DNA from: Auanema rhodensis
Lineage: Eukaryota; Animalia; Nematoda
Length of the DNA stretch: 64,000 nt
Reading direction: 5' to 3'
Assembly: GCA_964057225.1 (NCBI GenBank)
Contig: OZ059894.1
Location: 19,034,001 to 19,098,000 of the forward strand
The notes under the pieces were generated by a model that was given only the letters and a program-made list of their open reading frames with translations, ran no database searches and had not been told where the DNA came from. Both the position numbers and the translations under genes were made by a program. Of the stretch, positions 30,001 through 43,500 are shown one piece after another. Within the stretch, counting starts at the first letter, position 1. Every line of letters begins with the position of its first letter.

Positions 30001-30130
30001 AGGCAAAGACGATGGACAATGTTATTCAACGAAAAAATTAATTCTTCAGGGTGAAAATCGAGGATATAAGTGTGAACTTATATCAGTTGATATCTCGGTG
30101 CATTTTTAAGCTAGCGCAAATCTGATAACA
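21064..30130. repeat. Satellite subtype domain (central island of distinct monomer variants)
   Basis: Monomers carry AATAATTT with CAGAACGAC, TCGAGAAA, TTTCGAAAT, GCTCAATAC, TTGAAAAACG and AAATTCGC variants, most of them rare or absent in the flanks. Two flank-type monomers interrupt the domain at 24223-24924. Confidence 0.85.
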
Positions 30131-33100
30131 CAGATCGACGCAGCTTACAAATCCGCATCGAATGCATTATACTACATTGAGAAACGCTTAATACAAAAAT
30201 TAGTTATGATCGTTTGAAAAATGATGCATTAGTGTATGTTGAGTTTCCATGTACACTCAACATTGCTTCCAAAAACATTTTGACAAAAATTTTTTCGAAA
30301 AATTTCAAAATAAATTAGCAAAAAGTAGATGTTTTTAGATTCCATTTTTCAAGGCAAAGACGATGGACAATGTTATTCAACGAAAAAATTAATTCTTCAG
30401 GGTGAAAATCGAGGATATAAGTGTGAACTTATATCAGTTGATATCTCGGTGCATTTTTAAGCTAGCGCAAATCTGATAACACAGATCGACGCAGCTTAAA
30501 AATCCGCATCGAATGCACTATACTACATTGAGAAACGCTTAATACAAAAATTAGTTATGATCGTTTGAAAAATGATGCATTAGTGTATGTTGAGTTTCCA
30601 TGTACACTCAACATTGCTTCCAAAAACATTTTGACAAAAATTTTTTCGAAAAATTTCAGAATAAATTAGCAAAAAGTAGATGTTTTTAGATTCCTTTTTT
30701 CAAGGCAAAGACGATGGACAATGTTATTCAACGAAAAAATTAATTCTTCAGGGTGAAAATCGAGGATATAAGTGTGAACTTATATCAGTTGATATCTCGG
30801 TGCATTTTTAAGCTAGCGCAAATCTGATAACACAGATCGACGCAGCTTACAAATCCGCATCGAATGCATTATACTACATTGAGAAACGCTTAATACAAAA
30901 ATTAGTTATGATCGTTTGAAAAATGATGCATTAGTGTATGTTGAGTTTCCATGTACACTCAACATTGCTTCCAAAAACATTTTGACAAAAATTTTTTCGA
31001 AAAATTTCAAGATAAATTAGCAAAAAGTAGATGTTTTTAGATTCCATTTTTCAAGGCAAAGACGATGGACAATGTTATTCAACGAAAAAATTAATTCTTC
31101 AGGGTGAAAATCGAGGATATAAGTGTGAACTTATATCAGTTGATATCTCGGTGCATTTTTAAGCTAGCGCAAATCTGATAACACAGATCGACGCAGCTTA
31201 CAAATCCGCATCGAATGCACTATACTACATTGAGAAACGCTTAATACAAAAATTAGTTATGATCGTTTGAAAAATGATGCATTAGTGTATGTTGAGTTTC
31301 CATGTACACTCAACATTGCTTCCAAAAACATTTTGACAAAAAGTTTTTCGAAACATTTCAAAATAAATTAGGAAAAAACAGATGTTTTTAGATTCCTTTT
31401 TTCAAGGCAAAGACGATGGACAATGTTATTCAACGAAAAAATTAATTCTTCAGGGTGAAAATCGAGGATATAAGTGTGAACTTATATCAGTTGATATCTC
31501 GGTGCATTTTTAAGCTAGCGCAAATCTGATAACACAGAACGACGCAGCTTAAAAATTCGCATCGAATGCACTATACTACATTGAAAAACGCTTAATACAA
31601 AAATTAGTTATGATCGTTTGAAAAATGATGCATTAGTGTATGTTGAGTTTCCATGTACACTCAACATTGCTTCCAAAAACATTTTGACAAAAATTTTTTC
31701 GAGAAATTTCAAAATAATTTAGCAAAAAGTAGATGTTTTTAGATTCCTTTTTTCAAGGCAAAGACGATGGACAATGTTATTCAACGAAAAAATTAATTCT
31801 TCAGGGTGAAAATCGAGGATATAAGTGTGAACTTATATCAGTTGATATCTCGGTGCATTTTTAAGCTAGCGCAAATCTGATAACACAGATCGACGCAGCT
31901 TACAAATCCGCATCGAATGCATTATACTACATTGAGAAACGCTTAATACAAAAATTAGTTATGATCGTTTGAAAAATGATGCATTAGTGTATGTTGAGTT
32001 TCCATGTACACTCAACATTGCTTCCAAAAACATTTTGACAAAAATTTTTTCGAAAAATTTCAAAATAAATTAGCAAAAAGTAGATGTTTTTAGATTCCAT
32101 TTTTCAAGGCAAAGACGATGGACAATGTTATTCAACGAAAAAATTAATTCTTCAGGGTGAAAATCGAGGATATAAGTGTGAACTTATATCAGTTGATATC
32201 TCGGTGCATTTTTAAGCTAGCGCAAATCTGATAACACAGATCGACGCAGCTTAAAAATCCGCATCGAATGCACTATACTACATTGAGAAACGCTTAATAC
32301 AAAAATTAGTTATGATCGTTTGAAAAATGATGCATTAGTGTATGTTGAGTTTCCATGTACACTCAACATTGCTTCCAAAAACATTTTGACAAAAATTTTT
32401 TCGAAAAATTTCAGAATAAATTAGCAAAAAGTAGATGTTTTTAGATTCCTTTTTTCAAGGCAAAGACGATGGACAATGTTATTCAACGAAAAAATTAATT
32501 CTTCAGGGTGAAAATCGAGGATATAAGTGTGAACTTATATCAGTTGATATCTCGGTGCATTTTTAAGCTAGCGCAAATCTGATAACACAGATCGACGCAG
32601 CTTACAAATCCGCATCGAATGCACTATACTACATTGAGAAACGCTTAATACAAAAATTAGTTATGATCGTTTGAAAAATGATGCATTAGTGTATGTTGAG
32701 TTTCCATGTACACTCAACATTGCTTCCAAAAACATTTTGACAAAAATTTTTTCGAAACATTTCAAAATAAATTAGGAAAAAACAGATGTTTTTAGATTCC
32801 TTTTTTCAAGGCAAAGACGATGGACAATGTTATTCAACGAAAAAATTAATTCTTCAGGGTGAAAATCGAGGATATAAGTGTGAACTTATATCAGTTGATA
32901 TCTCGGTGCATTTTTAAGCTAGCGCAAATCTGATAACACAGATCGACGCAGCTTAAAAATCCGCATCGAATGCACTATACTACATTGAGAAACGCTTAAT
33001 ACAAAAATTAGTTATGATCGTTTGAAAAATGATGCATTAGTGTATGTTGAGTTTCCATGTACACTCAACATTGCTTCCAAAAACATTTTGACAAAAATTT

Positions 33101-36100
33101 TTTCGAAAAATTTCAAAATAAATTAGCAAAAAGTAGATGTTTTTAGATTCCTTTTTTCAAGGCAAAGACGATGGACATTGTTATTCAACGAAAAAATTAA
33201 TTCTTCAGGGTGAAAATCGAGGATATAAGTGTGAACTTATATCAGTTGATATCTCGGTGCATTTTTAAGCTAGCGCAAATCTGATAACACAGATCGACGC
33301 AGCTTACAAATCCGCATCGAATGCATTATACTACATTGAGAAACGCTTAATACAAAAATTAGTTATGATCGTTTGAAAAATGATGCATTAGTGTATGTTG
33401 AGTTTCCATGTACACTCAACATTGCTTCCAAAAACATTTTGACAAAAATTTTTTCGAAAAATTTCAAGATAAATTAGCAAAAAGTAGATGTTTTTAGATT
33501 CCATTTTTCAAGGCAAAGACGATGGACAATGTTATTCAACGAAAAAATTAATTCTTCAGGGTGAAAATCGAGGATATAAGTGTGAACTTATATCAGTTGA
33601 TATCTCGGTGCATTTTTAAGCTAGCGCAAATCTGATAACACAGATCGACGCAGCTTACAAATCCGCATCGAATGCACTATACTACATTGAGAAACGCTTA
33701 ATACAAAAATTAGTTATGATCGTTTGAAAAATGATGCATTAGTGTATGTTGAGTTTCCATGTACACTCAACATTGCTTCCAAAAACATTTTGACAAAAAG
33801 TTTTTCGAAACATTTCAAAATAAATTAGGAAAAAACAGATGTTTTTAGATTCCTTTTTTCAAGGCAAAGACGATGGACAATGTTATTCAACGAAAAAATT
33901 AATTCTTCAGGGTGAAAATCGAGGATATAAGTGTGAACTTATATCAGTTGATATCTCGGTGCATTTTTAAGCTAGCGCAAATCTGATAACACAGATCGAC
34001 GCAGCTTAAAAATCCGCATCGAATGCACTATACTACATTGAGAAACGCTTAATACAAAAATTAGTTATGATCGTTTGAAAAATGATGCATTAGTGTATGT
34101 TGAGTTTCCATGTACACTCAACATTGCTTCCAAAAACATTTTGACAAAAATTTTTTCGAAAAATTTCAAAATAAATTAGCAAAAAGTAGATGTTTTTAGA
34201 TTCCTTTTTGCAAGGCAAAGACGATGGACAATGTTATTCAACGAAAAAATTAATTCTTCAGGGTGAAAATCGAGGATATAAGTGTGAACTTATATCAGTT
34301 GATATCTCGGTGCATTTTTAAGCTAGCGCAAATCTGATAACACAGATCGACGCAGCTTACAAATCCGCATCGAATGCATTATACTACATTGAGAAACGCT
34401 TAATGCAAAAATTAGTTATGATCGTTTGAAAAATGATGCATTAGTGTATGTTGAGTTTCCATGTACACTCAACATTGCTTCCAAAAACATTTTGACAAAA
34501 ATTTTTTCGAAAAATTTCAAGATAAATTAGCAAAAAGTAGATGTTTTTAGATTCCATTTTTCAAGGCAAAGACGATGGACAATGTTATTCAACGAAAAAA
34601 TTAATTCTTCAGGGTGAAAATCGAGGATATAAGTGTGAACTTATATCAGTTGATATCTCGGTGCATTTTTAAGCTAGCGCAAATCTGATAACACAGATCG
34701 ACGCAGCTTACAAATCCGCATCGAATGCACTATACTACATTGAGAAACGCTTAATACAAAAATTAGTTATGATCGTTTGAAAAATGATGCATTAGTGTAT
34801 GTTGAGTTTCCATGTACACTCAACATTGCTTCCAAAAACATTTTGACAAAAATTTTTTCGAAAAATTTCAAAATAAATTAGCAAAAAGTAGATGTTTTTA
34901 GATTCCTTTTTTCAAGGCAAAGACGATGGACAATGTTATTCAACGAAAAAATTAATTCTTCAGGGTGAAAATCGAGGATATAAGTGTGAACTTATATCAG
35001 TTGATATCTCGGTGCATTTTTAAGCTAGCGCAAATCTGATAACACAGATCGACGCAGCTTACAAATCCGCATCGAATGCATTATACTACATTGAGAAACG
35101 CTTAATACAAAAATTAGTTATGATCGTTTGAAAAATGATGCATTAGTGTATGTTGAGTTTCCATGTACACTCAACATTGCTTCCAAAAACATTTTGACAA
35201 AAATTTTTTCGAAAAATTTCAAGATAAATTAGCAAAAAGTAGATGTTTTTAGATTCCATTTTTCAAGGCAAAGACGATGGACAATGTTATTCAACGAAAA
35301 AATTAATTCTTCAGGGTGAAAATCGAGGCTATAAGTGTGAACTTATGTCAGTTGATATCTCGGTGCATTTTTAAGCTAGCGCAAATCTGATAACACAGAT
35401 CGACGCACCTTACAAATCCGCATCGAATGCACTATACTACATTGAGAAACCCTTAATACAAAAATTAGTTATGATCGTTTGAAAAATGATGCATTAGTGT
35501 ATGTTGAGTTTCCATGTACACTCAACATTGCTTCCAAAAACATTTTGACAAAAATTTTTTCGAAAAATTTCAAAATAATTCAGCAAAAAGTAGATGGTTT
35601 TAGATTCCTTTTTTCAAGGCAAAGACGATGGACAATGTTATTCAACGAAAAAATTAATTCTTCAGGGTGAAAATCGAGGATATAAGTGTGAACTTATATC
35701 AGTTGATATCTCGGTGCATTTTTAAGCTAGCGCAAATCTGATAACACAGATCGACGCAGCTTAAAAATCCGCATCGAATGCACTATACTACATTGAGAAA
35801 CGCTTAATACAAAAATTAGTTATGATCGTTTGAAAAATGATGCATTAGTGTATGTTGAGTTTCCATGTACACTCAACATTGCTTCCAAAAACATTTTGAC
35901 AAAAATTTTTTCGAAAAATTTCAAGATAAATTAGCAAAAAGTAGATGTTTTTAGATTCCATTTTTCAAGGCAAAGACGATGGACAATGTTATTCAACGAA
36001 AAAATTAATTCTTCAGGGTGAAAATCGAGGATATAAGTGTGAACTTATATCAGTTGATATCTCGGTGCATTTTTAAGCTAGCGCAAATCTGATAACACAG

Positions 36101-37558
36101 ATCGACGCAGCTTACAAATCCGCATCGAATGCACTATACTACATTGAGAAACGCTTAATACAAAAATTAGTTATGATCGTTTGAAAAATGATGCATTAGT
36201 GTATGTTGAGTTTCCATGTACACTCAACATTGCTTCCAAAAACATTTTGACAAAAAGTTTTTCGAAACATTTCAAAATAAATTAGGAAAAAACAGATGTT
36301 TTTAGATTCCTTTTTTCAAGGCAAAGACGATGGACAATGTTATTCAACGAAAAAATTAATTCTTCAGGGTGAAAATCGAGGATATAAGTGTGAACTTATA
36401 TCAGTTGATATCTCGGTGCATTTTTAAGCTAGCGCAAATCTGATAACACAGATCGACGCAGCTTAAAAATCCGCATCGAATGCACTATACTACATTGAGA
36501 AACGCTTAATACAAAAATTAGTTATGATCGTTTGAAAAATGATGCATTAGTGTATGTTGAGTTTCCATGTACACTCAACATTGCTTCCAAAAACATTTTG
36601 ACAAAAATTTTTTCGAAAAATTTCAAAATAAATTAGCAAAAAGTAGATGTTTTTAGATTCCTTTTTGCAAGGCAAAGACGATGGACAATGTTATTCAACG
36701 AAAAAATTAATTCTTCAGGGTGAAAATCGAGGATATAAGTGTGAACTTATATCAGTTGATATCTCGGTGCATTTTTAAGCTAGCGCAAATCTGATAACAC
36801 AGATCGACGCAGCTTACAAATCCGCATCGAATGCATTATACTACATTGAGAAACGCTTAATGCAAAAATTAGTTATGATCGTTTGAAAAATGATGCATTA
36901 GTGTATGTTGAGTTTCCATGTACACTCAACATTGCTTCCAAAAACATTTTGACAAAAATTTTTTCGAAAAATTTCAAGATAAATTAGCAAAAAGTAGATG
37001 TTTTTAGATTCCATTTTTCAAGGCAAAGACGATGGACAATGTTATTCAACGAAAAAATTAATTCTTCAGGGTGAAAATCGAGGATATAAGTGTGAACTTA
37101 TATCAGTTGATATCTCGGTGCATTTTTAAGCTAGCGCAAATCTGATAACACAGATCGACGCAGCTTACAAATCCGCATCGAATGCACTATACTACATTGA
37201 GAAACGCTTAATACAAAAATTAGTTATGATCGTTTGAAAAATGATGCATTAGTGTATGTTGAGTTTCCATGTACACTCAACATTGCTTCCAAAAACATTT
37301 TGACAAAAAGTTTTTCGAAACATTTCAAAATAAATTAGGAAAAAACAGATGTTTTTAGATTCCTTTTTTCAAGGCAAAGACGATGGACAATGTTATTCAA
37401 CGAAAAAATTAATTCTTCAGGGTGAAAATCGAGGATATAAGTGTGAACTTATATCAGTTGATATCTCGGTGCATTTTTAAGCTAGCGCAAATCTGATAAC
37501 ACAGATCGACGCAGCTTAAAAATCCGCATCGAATGCACTATACTACATTGAGAAACGC

Positions 37559-40500
37559 TTAATACAAAAATTAGTTATGATCGTTTGAAAAATGATGCAT
37601 TAGTGTATGTTGAGTTTCCATGTACACTCAACATTGCTTCCAAAAACATTTTGACAAAAATTTTTTCGAAAAATTTCAAAATAAATTAGCAAAAAGTAGA
37701 TGTTTTTAGATTCCTTTTTTCAAGGCAAAGACGATGGACAATGTTATTCAACGAAAAAATTAATTCTTCAGGGTGAAAATCGAGGATATAAGTGTGAACT
37801 TATATCAGTTGATATCTCGGTGCATTTTTAAGCTAGCGCAAATCTGATAACACAGATCGACGCAGCTTACAAATCCGCATCGAATGCATTATACTACATT
37901 GAGAAACGCTTAATACAAAAATTAGTTATGATCGTTTGAAAAATGATGCATTAGTGTATGTTGAGTTTCCATGTACACTCAACATTGCTTCCAAAAACAT
38001 TTTGACAAAAATTTTTTCGAAAAATTTCAAGATAAATTAGCAAAAAGTAGATGTTTTTAGATTCCATTTTTCAAGGCAAAGACGATGGACAATGTTATTC
38101 AACGAAAAAATTAATTCTTCAGGGTGAAAATCGAGGCTATAAGTGTGAACTTATGTCAGTTGATATCTCGGTGCATTTTTAAGCTAGCGCAAATCTGATA
38201 ACACAGATCGACGCACCTTACAAATCCGCATCGAATGCACTATACTACATTGAGAAACCCTTAATACAAAAATTAGTTATGATCGTTTGAAAAATGATGC
38301 ATTAGTGTATGTTGAGTTTCCATGTACACTCAACATTGCTTCCAAAAACATTTTGACAAAAATTTTTTCGAAAAATTTCAAAATAATTCAGCAAAAAGTA
38401 GATGGTTTTAGATTCCTTTTTTCAAGGCAAAGACGATGGACAATGTTATTCAACGAAAAAATTAATTCTTCAGGGTGAAAATCGAGGATATAAGTGTGAA
38501 CTTATATCAGTTGATATCTCGGTGCATTTTTAAGCTAGCGCAAATCTGATAACACAGATCGACGCAGCTTAAAAATCCGCATCGAATGCACTATACTACA
38601 TTGAGAAACGCTTAATACAAAAATTAGTTATGATCGTTTGAAAAATGATGCATTAGTGTATGTTGAGTTTCCATGTACACTCAACATTGCTTCCAAAAAC
38701 ATTTTGACAAAAATTTTTTCGAAAAATTTCAAAATAAATTAGCAAAAAGTAGATGTTTTTAGATTCCTTTTTTCAAGGCAAAGACGATGGACAATGTTAT
38801 TCAACGAAAAAATTAATTCTTCAGGGTGAAAATCGAGGATATAAGTGTGAACTTATATCAGTTGATATCTCGGTGCATTTTTAAGCTAGCGCAAATCTGA
38901 TAACACAGATCGACGCAGCTTACAAATCCGCATCGAATGCACTATACTACATTGAGAAACGCTTAATACAAAAATTAGTTATGATCGTTTGAAAAATGAT
39001 GCATTAGTGTATGTTGAGTTTCCATGTACACTCAACATTGCTTCCAAAAACATTTTGACAAAAATTTTTTCGAAAAATTTCAAGATAAATTAGCAAAAAG
39101 TAGATGTTTTTAGATTCCATTTTTCAAGGCAAAGACGATGGACAATGTTATTCAACGAAAAAATTAATTCTTCAGGGTGAAAATCGAGGATATAAGTGTG
39201 AACTTATATCAGTTGATATCTCGGTGCATTTTTAAGCTAGCGCAAATCTGATAACACAGATCGACGCAGCTTAAAAATCCGCATCGAATGCACTATACTA
39301 CATTGAGAAACGCTTAATACAAAAATTAGTTATGATCGTTTGAAAAATGATGCATTAGTGTATGTTGAGTTTCCATGTACACTCAACATTGCTTCCAAAA
39401 ACATTTTGACAAAAATTTTTTCGAAAAATTTCAAAATAAATTAGCAAAAAGTAGATGTTTTTAGATTCCTTTTTTCAAGGCAAAGACGATGGACAATGTT
39501 ATTCAACGAAAAAATTAATTCTTCAGGGTGAAAATCGAGGATATAAGTGTGAACTTATATCAGTTGATATCTCGGTGCATTTTTAAGCTAGCGCAAATCT
39601 GATAACACAGATCGACGCAGCTTACAAATCCGCATCGAATGCACTATACTACATTGAGAAACGCTTAATACAAAAATTAGTTATGATCGTTTGAAAAATG
39701 ATGCATTAGTGTATGTTGAGTTTCCATGTACACTCAACATTGCTTCCAAAAACATTTTGACAAAAATTTTTTCGAAAAATTTCAAAATAATTCAGCAAAA
39801 AGTAGATGGTTTTAGATTCCTTTTTTCAAGGCAAAGACGATGGACAATGTTATTCAACGAAAAAATTAATTCTTCAGGGTGAAAATCGAGGATATAAGTG
39901 TGAACTTATATCAGTTGATATCTCGGTGCATTTTTAAGCTAGCGCAAATCTGATAACACAGATCGACGCAGCTTACAAATCCGCATCGAATGCACTATAC
40001 TACATTGAGAAACGCTTAATACAAAAATTAGTTATGATCGTTTGAAAAATGATCCATTAGTGTATGTTGAGTTTCCATGTACACTCAACATTGCTTCCAA
40101 AAACATTTTGACAAAAATTTTTTCGAAAAATTTCAAAATAAATTAGCAAAAAGTAGATGTTTTTAGATTCCTTTTTTCAAGGCAAAGACGATGGACAATG
40201 TTATTCAACGAAAAAATTAATTCTTCAGGGTGAAAATCGAGGATATAAGTGTGAACTTATATCAGTTGATATCTCGGTGCATTTTTAAGCTAGCGCAAAT
40301 CTGATAACACAGATCGACGCAGCTTAAAAATCCGCATCGAATGCACTATACTACAATGAGAAACGCTTAATACAAAAATTAGTTATGATCGTTTGAAAAA
40401 TGATGCATTAGTGTATGTTGAGTTTCCATGTACACTCAACATTGCTTCCAAAAACATTTTGACAAAAATTTTTTCGAAAAATTTCAAAATAATTCAGCAA

Positions 40501-43500
40501 AAAGTAGATGGTTTTAGATTCCTTTTTTCAAGGCAAAGACGATGGACAATGTTATTCAACGAAAAAATTAATTCTTCAGGGTGAAAATCGAGGATATAAG
40601 TGTGAACTTATATCAGTTGATATCTCGGTGCATTTTTAAGCTAGCGCAAATCTGATAACACAGATCGACGCAGCTTAAAAATCCGCATCGAATGCACTAT
40701 ACTACATTGAGAAACGCTTAATACAAAAATTAGTTATGATCGTTTGAAAAATGATGCATTAGTGTATGTTGAGTTTCCATGTACACTCAACATTGCTTCC
40801 AAAAACATTTTGACAAAAATTTTTTCGAAAAATTTCAAAATAATTCAGCAAAAAGTAGATGATTTTAGATTCCTTTTTTCAAGGCAAAGACGATGGACAA
40901 TGTTATTCAACGAAAAAAGTAATTCTTCAGGGTGAAAATCGAGGATATAAGTGTGAACTTATATCAGTTGATATCTCGGTGCATTTTTAAGCTAGCGCAA
41001 ATCTGATAACACAGATCGACGCAGCTTACAAATTCGCATCGAATGCACTATACTACATTGAGAAACGCTTAATACAAAAATTAGTTATGATCGTTTGAAA
41101 AATGATCCATTAGTGTATGTTGAGTTTCCATGTACACTCAACATTGCTTCCAAAAACATTTTGACAAAAATTTTTTCGAAAAATTTCAGAATAATTTAGC
41201 AAAAAGTAGATGTTTTTAGATTCCTTTTTTTAAGGCAAAGACGATGGACAATGTTATTCATCGAAAAAATTAATTCTTCAGGGTGAAAATCGAGGATATA
41301 AGTGTGAACTTATATCAGTTGATATCTCGGTGCATTTTTAAGCTAGCGCAAATCTGATAACACAGATCGACGCAGCTTAAAAATCCGCATCGAATGCACT
41401 ATACTACATTGAGAAACGCTTAATACAAAAATTAGTTATGATCGTTTGAAAAATGATGCATTAGTGTATGTTGAGTTTCCATGTACACTCAACATTGCTT
41501 CCAAAAACATTTTGACAAAAATTTTTTCGAAAAATTTCAAAATAAATTAGCAAAAAGTAGATGTTTTTAGATTCCTTTTTTCAAGGCAAAGACGATGGAC
41601 AATGTTATTCAACGAAAAAATTAATTCTTCAGGGTGAAAATCGAGGATATAAGTGTGAACTTATATCAGTTGATATCTCGGTGCATTTTTAAGCTAGCGC
41701 AAATCTGATAACACAGATCGACGCAGCTTACAAATCCGCATCGAATGCATTATACTACATTGAGAAACGCTTAATACAAAAATTAGTTATGATCGTTTGA
41801 AAAATGATGCATTAGTGTATGTTGAGTTTCCATGTACACTCAACATTGCTTCCAAAAACATTTTGACAAAAATTTTTTCGAAAAATTTCAAGATAAATTA
41901 GCAAAAAGTAGATGTTTTTAGATTCCATTTTTCAAGGCAAAGACGATGGACAATGTTATTCAACGAAAAAATTAATTCTTCAGGGTGAAAATCGAGGCTA
42001 TAAGTGTGAACTTATGTCAGTTGATATCTCGGTGCATTTTTAAGCTAGCGCAAATCTGATAACACAGATCGACGCACCTTACAAATCCGCATCGAATGCA
42101 CTATACTACATTGAGAAACCCTTAATACAAAAATTAGTTATGATCGTTTGAAAAATGATGCATTAGTGTATGTTGAGTTTCCATGTACACTCAACATTGC
42201 TTCCAAAAACATTTTGACAAAAATTTTTTCGAAAAATTTCAAAATAATTCAGCAAAAAGTAGATGGTTTTAGATTCCTTTTTTCAAGGCAAAGACGATGG
42301 ACAATGTTATTCAACGAAAAAATTAATTCTTCAGGGTGAAAATCGAGGATATAAGTGTGAACTTATATCAGTTGATATCTCGGTGCATTTTTAAGCTAGC
42401 GCAAATCTGATAACACAGATCGACGCAGCTTAAAAATCCGCATCGAATGCACTATACTACATTGAGAAACGCTTAATACAAAAATTAGTTATGATCGTTT
42501 GAAAAATGATGCATTAGTGTATGTTGAGTTTCCATGTACACTCAACATTGCTTCCAAAAACATTTTGACAAAAATTTTTTCGAAAAATTTCAAAATAAAT
42601 TAGCAAAAAGTAGATGTTTTTAGATTCCTTTTTTCAAGGCAAAGACGATGGACAATGTTATTCAACGAAAAAATTAATTCTTCAGGGTGAAAATCGAGGA
42701 TATAAGTGTGAACTTATATCAGTTGATATCTCGGTGCATTTTTAAGCTAGCGCAAATCTGATAACACAGATCGACGCAGCTTACAAATCCGCATCGAATG
42801 CACTATACTACATTGAGAAACGCTTAATACAAAAATTAGTTATGATCGTTTGAAAAATGATGCATTAGTGTATGTTGAGTTTCCATGTACACTCAACATT
42901 GCTTCCAAAAACATTTTGACAAAAATTTTTTCGAAAAATTTCAAGATAAATTAGCAAAAAGTAGATGTTTTTAGATTCCATTTTTCAAGGCAAAGACGAT
43001 GGACAATGTTATTCAACGAAAAAATTAATTCTTCAGGGTGAAAATCGAGGATATAAGTGTGAACTTATATCAGTTGATATCTCGGTGCATTTTTAAGCTA
43101 GCGCAAATCTGATAACACAGATCGACGCAGCTTAAAAATCCGCATCGAATGCACTATACTACATTGAGAAACGCTTAATACAAAAATTAGTTATGATCGT
43201 TTGAAAAATGATGCATTAGTGTATGTTGAGTTTCCATGTACACTCAACATTGCTTCCAAAAACATTTTGACAAAAATTTTTTCGAAAAATTTCAAAATAA
43301 ATTAGCAAAAAGTAGATGTTTTTAGATTCCTTTTTTCAAGGCAAAGACGATGGACAATGTTATTCAACGAAAAAATTAATTCTTCAGGGTGAAAATCGAG
43401 GATATAAGTGTGAACTTATATCAGTTGATATCTCGGTGCATTTTTAAGCTAGCGCAAATCTGATAACACAGATCGACGCAGCTTACAAATCCGCATCGAA

